Part shown: positions 29,848 through 39,916 of the stretch, in pieces
Layout of the letters: each line of letters opens with the position of its first letter
Numbering within the stretch: the stretch's first letter is position 1
Assembly: GCA_963719225.1 (NCBI GenBank)
Contig: CAVRAY010000001.1
Coordinates: 2,944,001-3,008,000, forward strand
From: Thermoanaerobaculia bacterium
GTDB lineage: Bacteria > Acidobacteriota > Thermoanaerobaculia > UBA5066
DNA length: 64,000 nucleotides
Reading direction: 5' to 3'
Program-made: the position numbers and the translations under genes
The notes under the pieces: model-generated
Databases searched by the model: none
Told to the model about the DNA's origin: nothing
The model's input: the letters and a program-made list of their open reading frames with translations, nothing else

Positions 29848-30680
29848 ATGCACGAAACGGGCGTGTCGCGCGTTCCCGGGTGGCGGCGGCTCTTCCGCCA
29901 CAGCTCTCGCCTCGGACTTCGCTGGCTGCGTGGGGCCACGGGCTGGCGCGACGCACGGGGAGGTCTGGCGAGGCTTCTCGTGCCGCTGGACCCCTGGAGG
30001 TACTGGGAACTGGGACGTCTCGCCGACGTGCCGTTCTCGGGCCGCTGCCTCGACGTCTCGAGTCCGAAGCTCCTCCCGAGTCTCCTCGCCCGTGAGTGCA
30101 CGGGAGCGTGGGCGGCGGTCGACTTCTTCCATGAGGAGGTCGCGCGCTGGCGGCGCCTCGATCCGTCACTGGCGCTCGCGGTCTGCGACGGCCGCTCTCT
30201 CCCTTTCCCGGAGGCCACCTTCGAGCATGCCGTGTGCGTGTCCGTCGTCGAGCACATCGCAGGCGACGGCGATAAACGAACGATGGACGAGATCTGGCGT
30301 GTCCTGAAGCCCGGCGGCGTCCTCCACCTCACGACCAACGCCGCGCGTGAGCCGCGCGAGATCTGGGGCCGAAGGCGGCCTTGGGGTACGGTTCATGTCG
30401 AGCGTGACGGCCTCGCGTTCTTCGAGCGCCACTATGGTCCGGACGAGGTCGCGGCTCGCCTGCTGCGGCGCTCCTGGACGTCCTGACCTGGGAGTGGGTA
30501 ACGGAGTCTTCGCGCTGGATCGAGGACGCATTCGTCCGCCTGCTCCCGTTCTCGTACGTTCTGGGGAGGCTCCTTCGCTTCCTGTGCCCGCGGAACTTCC
30601 GAGTCTCCCAGACTCCTTTCCTCCCCGAAGACGGACGGTTCGGCGTGGTCTATCTCCGGCTGAGGAAGCCCGCAGCTTGA
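29848..30680 (+). CDS. Class I SAM-dependent methyltransferase; apparent 1-nt deletion at about 30477
   Basis: CLDVSSPK, DGRSLPFPEATF, CVSVVEHI, RVLKPGG. After W at 30475 the -1 frame continues DVLTWEW...GVVYLRLRKPAA to a stop at 30680. Confidence 0.72.
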
Positions 30681-30690
30681 TCTCCCGGCT

Positions 30691-31596
30691 TCACGGCCGG
30701 GCCCTCTTCGTGAGAAGAAGATTGATCCACGCCTGTGTTCGTCCGCGACATGTCTCGAGAATCTCCGCGGGGCGAAGTGGATGGCGCTCGGCTTCCGGCA
30801 CCTCGACGTCCTCGAACTGGAAGCCAAGGCTCTCGAGATCCGCGAGGAACGACGCGGCGTCGACGAGGGCCCGTGCGAGCCCCTCGGGCCAGATCTCCAT
30901 AAGGGCCGTGATTCGCGGCAGCCCGAAGAGGCGGCGCCCGCCATCAACGACGAGAGCTTCGGCGCCCTGAACGTCGACCTTCACGAGGATTCCCGCGTCG
31001 AAGGAACGGGCCTCGTCTCCGAAACTGTCGAGAGTCATCGCTTCGACTTCCACGAAGCGGCCCGACGACGTCCGGACCGAGCCTGGATGAAAGGAGTGCG
31101 CCCCGAAGTTCGCGTCATCGAGGTGCAGCCGTACGATGCCGGCCTTATCCGAGACGGCGACAGGAAGGGGTCGGATGTTCGTGAACCCGTTCTCCGCGAT
31201 GCTGCGCATCAGCAGACTGAAGTTCCGAGGCTCGGGCTCGAAGGCGTACACCCGGCCCGAAGGCCCGACCGCGCGCGCCGCGAGGAGCGTGTAATAGCCG
31301 ATGTTCGCTCCGACGTCGAAGACACACATCCCCGCGCGCACGTTGGCGAGGAAAGCCTCGGTCTCCGACCGCTCCCAGACCTCGTCTCCGAGAAGGTGTG
31401 TCGCGATGACGCGGTCGCGCGTGTCCACCCAGATAGGCATCCCGTTCACGACGACGCGTTGTTCGCCACCCGGGAAAACGAGGCGGTGGAGCAGCGCGTA
31501 GGCCTGCCGGGCGCCGGGCACGCGCTCAGCGCCCGCGCGGGAGAGTGCGGCGACCAGGCGTGAGAATGCCCGCTGGAGGCCGGCCCCCGCGCTCAC
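30691..31596 (-). CDS. FkbM family methyltransferase
   Basis: FDVGANIGYYT, VYAFEPEP, KVDVQGAE; GTGA overlap start. Confidence 0.92.
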   Translation of the reverse strand: MSAGAGLQRAFSRLVAALSRAGAERVPGARQAYALLHRLVFPGGEQRVVVNGMPIWVDTRDRVIATHLLGDEVWERSETEAFLANVRAGMCVFDVGANIGYYTLLAARAVGPSGRVYAFEPEPRNFSLLMRSIAENGFTNIRPLPVAVSDKAGIVRLHLDDANFGAHSFHPGSVRTSSGRFVEVEAMTLDSFGDEARSFDAGILVKVDVQGAEALVVDGGRRLFGLPRITALMEIWPEGLARALVDAASFLADLESLGFQFEDVEVPEAERHPLRPAEILETCRGRTQAWINLLLTKRARP

Positions 31597-32660
31597 GCCG
31601 CGAGCTCTCCATAGACGGCGTCGTGAGCGCGCACGCACGCCTCGATCGTGAGTTGCGTCGCCCTCCGGCGGCCCGCCTCGACGAGGCCGGCGGGGTTCCG
31701 GAGCACGTCTTCGATCCCGCTCGCGATGTCACCGGGAGAGAGCGGATCCACGTACCGCGCCGCGTCGCCGCAGACCTCCGGGAGCGACGTGACGCGCGAG
31801 ACGACCACGGGGCAGCCACAGGCCATCGCCTCGACGGGAGGAAGTCCAAATCCTTCCCACAGGCTTGGGAAGACGGTCGCGGACGCGGTCTGATAAAGAC
31901 GGATCAGCTCGTCGTCGCTCACGAGGCCGCGGCTCACGACGCCGTCCGGCAGGGGGCGGCTGCCGTGGCCCGCCCCGGTCAGGACGAGCGTGACCTCCGG
32001 CCGGCGCGCGCGCACCCGGCCGAACGCCTCGAAGAGACGCGCGTGGTTCTTGTGAGGCCAGAAATTCGCCGGGTAGAGGACGAAGGGCTCGCGCGCGTCC
32101 GCGCCCGGGCGGAACCGGTCCGGATCGATCCCGAGCGGAATGACCCGGATCTTGCCGGCCGGCACACCAAGATGCCGCATCAAAGAGCTTGCGCTGAATC
32201 GGCTGAGCGTGATGACCACTCGGGCCAGTTTCGCGGTTCGCGCATACATCCACTTCCGGTACGCACGCTCCGGAATAGAGAAGAACTCCGGATACACCTC
32301 GTGCTGAACGTCGGCGATCGTCACGGCAGCCGGGACGCGCGTCACGGGCGGAATCATGACCGTCAGCGGATAGTGCAACGCCACGGTGCCACCCGCCAGC
32401 ATCTCCCGCGCGACACGGCCCGGCCTCGCGACCGCGAAGGCCATCGCGACCGCCCGCCCCGTGAGGCTCCGCGACGCGGGATACGCGGAAATGATACGGG
32501 CCGGAATGCCTTCGGCCACGTCCGGAGCGATGGTTGGAAGCAGGGCGACGTAGGAACGTGACCCGCAACGGCCAAGCCCGCGGCACAGGTCGCGTGCATA
32601 GCGTTCGATCCCCGCGCCCGACGCCCCCGGAACGAGCGTCAAGAGACTGATGCCGATCAC
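31593..32660 (-). CDS. Glycosyltransferase family 4 (GT-B)
   Basis: [27 protein letters not shown]; GTGA overlap start. Confidence 0.92.
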   Translation of the reverse strand: MIGISLLTLVPGASGAGIERYARDLCRGLGRCGSRSYVALLPTIAPDVAEGIPARIISAYPASRSLTGRAVAMAFAVARPGRVAREMLAGGTVALHYPLTVMIPPVTRVPAAVTIADVQHEVYPEFFSIPERAYRKWMYARTAKLARVVITLSRFSASSLMRHLGVPAGKIRVIPLGIDPDRFRPGADAREPFVLYPANFWPHKNHARLFEAFGRVRARRPEVTLVLTGAGHGSRPLPDGVVSRGLVSDDELIRLYQTASATVFPSLWEGFGLPPVEAMACGCPVVVSRVTSLPEVCGDAARYVDPLSPGDIASGIEDVLRNPAGLVEAGRRRATQLTIEACVRAHDAVYGELAA

Positions 32661-33679
32661 GCGGCTCCCCCGGCCAGGCCGCCGAGGAAGTCGGTGAGGT
32701 CCGGGAGGTGACGGCGGTAGTCCGCGGCCTCGGAGGCGAGCCTCTCTTCCTCCATTTCGCCGACCAGGCCGGAGAAGAGAACCTGACGACCCGTCGACCA
32801 CGCGTTCCAGAATTTGGACGGGAAGACGGCTTTCGGAATGGCCGGGTGGCCCGCGACAAGATGGATCTCGGCCTCCCAGTACGCGCGGATCAGGTCACCG
32901 GGTCGCTTCAGGGCGGCCCCCACGCGAATCCAGTCCGGAAGGCGCGCGAGGCCGGGGCCATCGCCCTGAACGGTGATCTCGAACCCGTCGCGCCGAAGTC
33001 TCTCGCAGAGCGCGAGGAAGCTGGGCAGGTGATGACCCCACCCCAGGTTGCCGGAGTAGAGCGCGGTTCCCGGGCGAAAGGGACGAGGTTCGCCGAGGTC
33101 GAGCGTTGGCCAGTTCCGGATAACCCGCGCATTCGGGCCATGGTAGCCGAGGTTCCCGGCGGCCTTCACGACGCGGTCCCATTCCGCGAGGCGCGCCTGC
33201 CATCTCGCAGAGAAGCGGCGGCGGAGCGCGAGAGGAAGGTCAACGACGCCGCGGATCAGCTCGGGATAGAAGTCCTGCAGCCAGTAAACGCCGCGCGCGC
33301 CTCTCCTCCGGACTTGGTGAATGAGCCCAATCGTCGTCGGCGGGGCGCTCGTCACGACGACGACGTCCCCGGGCGAGACGGACCGCAGGATCTCCGACGC
33401 GAACGCGCGCCTCACGGATTCGTACTCGAGCGCGGTTGAAAGAAGCCGGCCCCTCTTCCCTTCGCGATGGGGCACCCGCTCGATAGACGTCGCGGGCGCC
33501 GGTCTCTCGCCCGGGCGATACGAGCCCGTGCCTCCGACGAGCCGCACCGGGACGCCGGCGCGCGCGAGTGCGTCCGCCACCTGCTCCGCATAAATTCCCG
33601 TTGGCGCGTCGTCCGGCCAAAGGTACTGCGACAGGATGTGAACGACGCCGCCGCGCGGTCCCCAGGCCTCCCGGCTCAT
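32657..33679 (-). CDS. Glycosyltransferase, GT4-like
   Basis: SQYLWPDDAPTG, TSAPP, WLQDFYPE, LYSGNLGWGH, FPSKF. Confidence 0.8.
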   Translation of the reverse strand: MSREAWGPRGGVVHILSQYLWPDDAPTGIYAEQVADALARAGVPVRLVGGTGSYRPGERPAPATSIERVPHREGKRGRLLSTALEYESVRRAFASEILRSVSPGDVVVVTSAPPTTIGLIHQVRRRGARGVYWLQDFYPELIRGVVDLPLALRRRFSARWQARLAEWDRVVKAAGNLGYHGPNARVIRNWPTLDLGEPRPFRPGTALYSGNLGWGHHLPSFLALCERLRRDGFEITVQGDGPGLARLPDWIRVGAALKRPGDLIRAYWEAEIHLVAGHPAIPKAVFPSKFWNAWSTGRQVLFSGLVGEMEEERLASEAADYRRHLPDLTDFLGGLAGGAA

Positions 33680-34596
33680 CCCCGGAAGTTTCGGAGCTGG
33701 ATCTGCCACGACTCCCGACGGTGCCGGAGCCCCGATTCCAGCATGACGCCCGTCAGGAGCGAGAAGAGCGCCAGGTTCATCAATGCCGCGGCGAGGATCG
33801 CGAGTGGGAAATGTCCGACCAGGTGGGTTTGAAAGTACTCGCGCACAGGCAGAATTCCCGCGGCGAGGCCGGCCACGAAGAAGAACCCCGAAACGAGCGC
33901 AAAGAACTCGAAGGGACGATAGTCGCGGAAGAGCACGAGGATCAGGCGCAGAATCCGGGTTCCGTCGCGCACGGTCCGCAGCTTCGAAGCGGTCCCTTCC
34001 GCTCGTTCCCGGAAGGGTACCGGCGCCTCGGCGACGCGGAAGCCCTTTTCGACGGCCTGAATCGTGAGCTCCGTCTCGAGCTCGAATCCGCGAAACAGGA
34101 TCGGCACGTTCTTGTAGAAACGGCGTGAGAACAGTCTCAGTCCAGAAAACAGGTCGCGCGGGGAGTAGCCAAATACGACGCTCATCGCGGCGTGGAACAG
34201 GGCCGAGCCGCCGCGATGAAAACGGCGGAACACGGCCTCGCTTCCCTTGGGCGTCCGCAGGCCCGTCACCATGTCCATCCCCTGCTCGCAGAGCGGGAAC
34301 AGGAGACGCGCGCCCTCGGCCGGGTACGTCCCGTCGCCGTCCACCATGAGGACGAGGTCCTCGTCGATCAGGTTCAGGGCGGTCGCCACGGCCCTCGCCT
34401 TTCCGCGCCTCTCTTCCAGGATCACCTCCGCGCTTGCGGCACGGGCAGCGGTCGCCGTCCCGTCTGTCGACCCGTTGTCGACGACGAGGATGCGCGCCTC
34501 GGGGAACGCACGGCGGTATTCCGACACGACGGACGCGATCCCCTTCTCCTCATTCAGGCACGGAATGAGCACCGCGAGCGTCCGCTTTTCAGCCAT
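33676..34596 (-). CDS. Glycosyltransferase family 2 (polyprenol-phosphate sugar synthase-like, two C-terminal TM helices)
   Basis: LIPCLNEE, VVDNGSTD, MVDGDGTY, GFELETE, SKLRTVRDG. Confidence 0.92.
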   Translation of the reverse strand: MAEKRTLAVLIPCLNEEKGIASVVSEYRRAFPEARILVVDNGSTDGTATAARAASAEVILEERRGKARAVATALNLIDEDLVLMVDGDGTYPAEGARLLFPLCEQGMDMVTGLRTPKGSEAVFRRFHRGGSALFHAAMSVVFGYSPRDLFSGLRLFSRRFYKNVPILFRGFELETELTIQAVEKGFRVAEAPVPFRERAEGTASKLRTVRDGTRILRLILVLFRDYRPFEFFALVSGFFFVAGLAAGILPVREYFQTHLVGHFPLAILAAALMNLALFSLLTGVMLESGLRHRRESWQIQLRNFRG

Positions 34597-34630
34597 GAAT
34601 CGCTCCCATTCTACGGCCAGGCTCTCGGCC

Positions 34631-36316
34631 TCAGTCGTAGACGCCGCGAAAGAGATCGTCGGGCGGCAAGGTCACCGGAAGAGGCATTGCGAACGTCGTT
34701 CCGACGGGGAGGAGATAGCGTGGACCGTCGGCGGTCGAGACGGAGACTTGGTGCGAGCCCAGCGTGACGAAATCGTCCGCACGGATTTCCCGGCCGTCGA
34801 GGCGCCACGTCTCTCCGCTTGGGGACCCGTCGGGCCGGAACAGTCGGTAGCGTCCAGGCCACCGGTTCACGAAGGGTACGGGCCGAGTGTCCCCGCAGAA
34901 CGCTCCGGTCAGAAGAACGTCGGGATGGACCCGAATGTACGAGCGGTCGAGCAGGTGCTGCAGGGGTTCCCGCAACTGGTGAACGCGGTAGTTCAGGATC
35001 CAGAGCTTCGGCCGGGAATCGAGGATGTGCCGGATCGAGCGATCGTCCCCGCGCGTCAACTCGGCGCGAACCCCCTCGAGGACGAGCGCCTCCCAGCTGA
35101 TCAGAGGCGCCAGGGTGCGTGTCGGAAGCATGCCGATGCCGTCGAAGTAATGGTCGCCGGGCGCGACGAGATGCTCCGCATACTCGACGACTTCATTCTG
35201 AACTCGGTTGTCGTGTACGAGATAGGCGAAATTGCGGGGTAGCTGCCACATGAGAAGTGCGCAGGCCGCGATGCGGACCCAGGGGCCGCGCTCCCGGGAA
35301 CGCTTTTCGAGCCACGAGAGCGCGCCGGGCGCGAACAAGGAGAGGAATGGCAATGCCATGACGAAGACGTAAGGCCAGGGTTGCTCGTGCAGGAACACCA
35401 GCAGCGTGACGACCGACGCCATGACGGCCGCGAGTCGCAACCGCGGCGGGGACGACCGGATTCGCGCCAGGACCAACGCGAGTCCGACCGCGGTGAGCGC
35501 GTAGGACACGGGGTTCCGTCCGAGAGTCTGTAGGACGAAGTGCCCGCGGATTCCCGCGTACTGCGGGTTGCCATGGAGCGGAACGAAATGCAGCGGGCTC
35601 AAGAAAACCATCGCGATCACGCGGAAAGGGTTTCGGCGATCGAACCACATCCCGTAGGCGAGGAGCGCGCCGGCGATGCCGCCGGCATAAGCGCCGAGCC
35701 GCGCGATCTGACGGCGGAGAGTGAGGCACCCGAAACCCGAGACGGCAAGGGCGAGGCCGAGGGCGACCAACGGATAGACGGCTTTCTGTGTGCTCAGAAA
35801 AGCGCCGCCGGCGAGGAGGCCGGCGAAAAACGCCCGGCTCGTGCCCTCCCCTCCGACGGCGACGAACACGGCGGCCGTCGCGAAGAAGACGGCGACCGTG
35901 TCGGATCGGATCCGGAACGAGCGTTCCATGAAGTTGGTGAACGAGAAAAGCACCGAGACGGCAAACCAGGCTTCAAAACGGCTGTGGCCGATCCGGCGCG
36001 CGATCCCCAGCGTCGCCCCGGCCGCGAAGAACGCGAGAAGGAGGCCCTCCATCCTCGCGACGTGCAGCAGGTCGACCGCGTTACTGGCGAGGAAATGAGC
36101 TACTTCGAAGACGTATATGTACAGGACGGTCTTGATGGGATCGAGCCCGTGATAGAAACCCACGGGAATATAGAGCGGGAACGTCGCCTGCGTGTACTCG
36201 TCCATGACGTAGCGCGAGTTCCATGCGAGGACTGGCAGCAGAAGCGTCCGCAAGGCGAGAACTCCCATGAGGACCGCGAATGCGAGGCGATGAATTCGCT
36301 CCGGCACGATCTTCAT
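34631..36316 (-). CDS. Polytopic membrane protein, probable GT-C-fold glycosyltransferase
   Basis: MDE after TM1; RIRSD and STQKA loop motifs; about 11 TM helices plus a periplasmic C-terminus. Confidence 0.6.
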   Translation of the reverse strand: MKIVPERIHRLAFAVLMGVLALRTLLLPVLAWNSRYVMDEYTQATFPLYIPVGFYHGLDPIKTVLYIYVFEVAHFLASNAVDLLHVARMEGLLLAFFAAGATLGIARRIGHSRFEAWFAVSVLFSFTNFMERSFRIRSDTVAVFFATAAVFVAVGGEGTSRAFFAGLLAGGAFLSTQKAVYPLVALGLALAVSGFGCLTLRRQIARLGAYAGGIAGALLAYGMWFDRRNPFRVIAMVFLSPLHFVPLHGNPQYAGIRGHFVLQTLGRNPVSYALTAVGLALVLARIRSSPPRLRLAAVMASVVTLLVFLHEQPWPYVFVMALPFLSLFAPGALSWLEKRSRERGPWVRIAACALLMWQLPRNFAYLVHDNRVQNEVVEYAEHLVAPGDHYFDGIGMLPTRTLAPLISWEALVLEGVRAELTRGDDRSIRHILDSRPKLWILNYRVHQLREPLQHLLDRSYIRVHPDVLLTGAFCGDTRPVPFVNRWPGRYRLFRPDGSPSGETWRLDGREIRADDFVTLGSHQVSVSTADGPRYLLPVGTTFAMPLPVTLPPDDLFRGVYD

Positions 36317-36505
36317 CTGGGCACGAATGCGTCGCGATCGCCGGCCTCGCTCGCGCGGCGCCTTTCGGCGCGGACACGCCCGCGCGCGATGCGTTCGTGG
36401 CCTTCGTGCTGCGCCTTTCGGTCGCGCAGATCGGGAGCGCTCATCGGGCGATGCCCCTCCACCGTGAATCGGACTGTCGCAAACCGCTGGCTATACTGAG
36501 CGATC

Positions 36506-38083
36506 TTGACATGTGCGAACGTCCGCTCACGCTCGTGGGCGCTGCTCGGCGCCGCGGCCGTCGCCGTCCCTCTGCTCCTGCTCCTTCTCCAGTTCGGCGC
36601 CGGGCGCGACCAGGGAGCGTACCTCGTGGTCGCGCGCGTGATGCAGGCTGGCGGAATGCCATACCGGGACGCCTGGGATGTCAAACCTCCGGGCATTTTT
36701 CTCGTCTACCGGCTCGCGCTCGCCTTCGGAGACGGAATGCTACCGGTCCGCGTGATCGAGGCGCTCGCGCTCGCGTTTCAGGCGATCGCCTTCGCTGTCC
36801 TTACCCGTCGCTTCGTGGGATCGGCCGTGCCGGGCGCCTGGGGCGGTGCGCTCGCAATTCTGATCCATGTGCAACTCGAGTTCTGGCATACCGGACAGCC
36901 GGAGAGTTTCGGCGGTCCCATCCTCGCGTGGGCGCTCGTCCTCGCGACGAACGTCGGGCGCCGAAAACTGAGCCTTTTCGCGTCAGGCGCCCTCTTCGGT
37001 ATGGCCGCCCTCCTGAAACCGCCTCTCGGCGGAGGGGTCGTCCTCGTGGCGGCCATCCTCGCGTGGCGGGATGCCCGCGCGGCGGTAACGGGACAGGGCC
37101 GCGCCGCCCTGAAGCCCCTGGTAACGATGGCACTCGGCTCCGCAGCAGTCGTGGCAGCAGCGTTCGCGTGGTTCCTGATTCGTGGTGCCGTTCCCGACCT
37201 GATGGAGACGTTCCGCGACTTCGTACCGCGCTACACCGCGCTAAGCCTTCGCGGACACAGCGCCCTGGGCCTCATTTACCGCGCATTTTTCGAATGGTTC
37301 GCCGTGTATTCCGCGCTCATCCCCGCGGGTGTCGCTCTTCTCCTGCTCTGGCGCGGGTCCGAGGACGAAACCTGGGGCCTCGCGCTCGTCGGGGCCGTTC
37401 TGGCCCCCCAAATCGCCGGCGTCGCGATGCAGGCCAAGTTCTTCGCCTACCACTACGGAGCGGCGCTGCCGTTCGGCGCTCTCCTCGCAGCGTGGGGCGC
37501 CGCGCGGGGATGGCGGCGCTTCCGCGGAGTCGCCCCCCGCCTCGCCGGGGTTGGGCTCGCGTTGCTGTTGCTCCGGGCCGATGCGCGGCCGCGCTACCCG
37601 TGGCTTGATCAGGCCGCGTCCCGCGTACGCGCCGCCCTCTCGCCCGCGGAACGAAACCGCATCCTCGACGCGCTTCAGTCGGCTGGTGACGTCGACGCAG
37701 CTGCGAACCGACGGGCTTCAGATTGGGTCCGCGGCGCAACACCCGCCGGCTCTTCGCTCTTTGTGTGGGGCTATGAACCCGTGCTCTACGACGACTCCGG
37801 TCGGGCACCAGCCTCGCGATTCATCTACAACGCGCCGCTGCGCACGTCGTGGTACGCCCACGTGGCGCGCCCGCGCCTCCTCGAGGATCTTGGAGGGCGA
37901 CGAAAGCCGGCCGCGATTCTCGTCGAGCGCGGCGACGTCGTCCCGCAAGTGACCGGCGACTCGATCGACAGCGCCGGAGCCCTCGAAGGGTTCGCCGAGC
38001 TGCGGGACCTGCTTGCGCGCGACTACGTCCCCGTGGTCGATACCGGACGCTTCGTCGGGTTCGTCCGTCGCCGCGCACCGTAA
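36506..38083 (+). CDS. ArnT/PMT-like (GT-C) membrane glycosyltransferase
   Basis: GRDQGAYLVVARVM..GGMPYRDAWDVKPPGIF; QPESF; KFFAYHY. Confidence 0.75.
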   Translation: MTCANVRSRSWALLGAAAVAVPLLLLLLQFGAGRDQGAYLVVARVMQAGGMPYRDAWDVKPPGIFLVYRLALAFGDGMLPVRVIEALALAFQAIAFAVLTRRFVGSAVPGAWGGALAILIHVQLEFWHTGQPESFGGPILAWALVLATNVGRRKLSLFASGALFGMAALLKPPLGGGVVLVAAILAWRDARAAVTGQGRAALKPLVTMALGSAAVVAAAFAWFLIRGAVPDLMETFRDFVPRYTALSLRGHSALGLIYRAFFEWFAVYSALIPAGVALLLLWRGSEDETWGLALVGAVLAPQIAGVAMQAKFFAYHYGAALPFGALLAAWGAARGWRRFRGVAPRLAGVGLALLLLRADARPRYPWLDQAASRVRAALSPAERNRILDALQSAGDVDAAANRRASDWVRGATPAGSSLFVWGYEPVLYDDSGRAPASRFIYNAPLRTSWYAHVARPRLLEDLGGRRKPAAILVERGDVVPQVTGDSIDSAGALEGFAELRDLLARDYVPVVDTGRFVGFVRRRAP

Positions 38084-38133
38084 GGACGCCGCGATCGGGC
38101 GCGTGTCGCGTTCCTCACGGGCATGACGACATT

Positions 38134-39852
38134 CTACGGGGTCGGTCGCTGGCCCGGCTTCGGCAGGAAGAGCAGCCCCTCCGACGCGTGCCGGAGCGGA
38201 ACCGGTCCCGCATCCCCGACGCGCCGCGCGACCACGTAGCGGCGGGAAACCTCGAGAAAGAACCGATCGAGGAATCCGTTTCCGTAGATCGCCGCTCCGT
38301 ACTCAGGATAGGCACGGTTCGTCACGAGAAGAGCGTCGGGCGGGCGCTCGCGAAGCCGGCGGATCATCAGCTCTTCCGCCGCAGCTCCCTGAAATCCGGG
38401 AACGAAGGCTTCGTCCACGAACGGATTCTTGCGGCCCGTCACGAAGAGAAGGAACCCGGGCTCCGGAAAGATTCCGATGGTTCCCCCCTGAGGCACCGTC
38501 TCGCGGATGACCCGCGCGGCCTCGGTCACGAAGCGCGCCTCCTGAGGAACGAGAGAGACCGACGCACCCGGAAGGTCGACGCGTGTCATGGCGGCCATTC
38601 CGATTCCCTGGATGCGAAGCGCGATCTGGGCGGTCGCGAGCCCCAGCACGAGAGCCAGGAACGCTCCTCTCGCTTTCGTGTGCCGGCCGATCCAGGACAG
38701 CGCGACGACGAGCGCGAGGGGAGCCGAGAAAGCGCCGTACACGGGATTTCGGAGAAAGAAGGGCTGCCGCGCCAGCGCGGGAAGCATGACGAGGGCGGCC
38801 CCCGCGGCCGCCGGGTCGAGCGGGAAATCTCCACGCCTCGTGGCTGCGACCGCCTGGAGGAGAGCGGCGATCCCTACGCATCCCGCGAGCGGCAGGAGCG
38901 CGTGCAGCCACGCGTTCGAGGGCGAGAAGAACGTGAGCCCCCCGGCCACGAAGAGAAGTGGAATCAGAACGACGTTGAACGTCTTCCCTCCCGGTCGAAG
39001 GAGGAGCGCGAGGGCGATTCCGATCGCGGACGGGAAAAGCGCTTCCCAAAACCCTCCATGCGCGAAGTCGGCCGCCGTCAGCCCGCCGAAGAGGAGGCCC
39101 CGATAAAGGCGTCCGAATGACTCGGGGACGGAAAGAGCGATGAGAAAGCCCTGCCGTTTCATCTGGTCGACGCCGAACCGAAGGATCGGAGCCGCGTACG
39201 CGATTCCAGCCGTTCCGAGCATTCCCGCGCCCGCAAGGAACGCTTCCCTCCGCGGGCGGCGGAGGGCGAGGACGAAAAGGGGACCCAGGAGCGCGAGCGG
39301 GACCATCTCGACCTTCGTTCCCGCCGCGAGGCCGGCGACGAGTCCGGCGGCGATCGAGCCGATGGGCGACTGCGAGACCAGGGCGAGCTCGAGGGCCCAC
39401 CATGCGCCGACGGTCCCCGCGAGCGCGGCGACGCTGTACGGAAACGGCCACGAGCCCCCGATGCCGAACGCGCACGCGCCGATCGCGAACGCCGAGACGG
39501 CGGCCGCGAGCGATTCGCCTGGAACGAGCCGGCGCGCGATCCTCCGAAGCGCCTCCACGCCGAGAAGGGCGAGGAGGGTTCGCCACGCGACGAGGACGTC
39601 GAGGCTTCTGCCGAACGTCCGGAGAAGGAAACCATCCAGGAGGGCGGGAAGCGGCCCGTAGGCGTAGCCGACGTCGCGATAGAGCGCTTCGCCGTCGGCG
39701 AGGCGCAGCCCCGTGTTCATCTCCCGTCCGGAGTCCTCGAAGGGAAGAATCCAGCGCCTGAACGTCGCGACGAAGAGGACCGCGAAAACGAGGTGCGGCA
39801 GAAGCGTCCAGAAAAGGCCCGACCGACCGGCCGTTCTCGAGCTCTCCGACAT
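38134..39852 (-). CDS. Polytopic membrane protein, GT-C/ArnT-like
   Basis: EDSGREM...LADGEALYRDVGYAYGPL; TKVE; many TM helices. Confidence 0.7.
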   Translation of the reverse strand: MSESSRTAGRSGLFWTLLPHLVFAVLFVATFRRWILPFEDSGREMNTGLRLADGEALYRDVGYAYGPLPALLDGFLLRTFGRSLDVLVAWRTLLALLGVEALRRIARRLVPGESLAAAVSAFAIGACAFGIGGSWPFPYSVAALAGTVGAWWALELALVSQSPIGSIAAGLVAGLAAGTKVEMVPLALLGPLFVLALRRPRREAFLAGAGMLGTAGIAYAAPILRFGVDQMKRQGFLIALSVPESFGRLYRGLLFGGLTAADFAHGGFWEALFPSAIGIALALLLRPGGKTFNVVLIPLLFVAGGLTFFSPSNAWLHALLPLAGCVGIAALLQAVAATRRGDFPLDPAAAGAALVMLPALARQPFFLRNPVYGAFSAPLALVVALSWIGRHTKARGAFLALVLGLATAQIALRIQGIGMAAMTRVDLPGASVSLVPQEARFVTEAARVIRETVPQGGTIGIFPEPGFLLFVTGRKNPFVDEAFVPGFQGAAAEELMIRRLRERPPDALLVTNRAYPEYGAAIYGNGFLDRFFLEVSRRYVVARRVGDAGPVPLRHASEGLLFLPKPGQRPTP

Positions 39853-39916
39853 CAGGTGCGCCGAGGGTAGCGCACCCGCGGCCTGCCGCGGACCCTGCCT
39901 TATAGTGCCGTCACGT

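Noticed and set aside
36313-36444. Small minus-strand ORF MSAPDLRDRK... overlapping the next gene's ATG
   Set aside because: Arg-rich with no motif or RBS; indistinguishable from chance in a GC-rich spacer.
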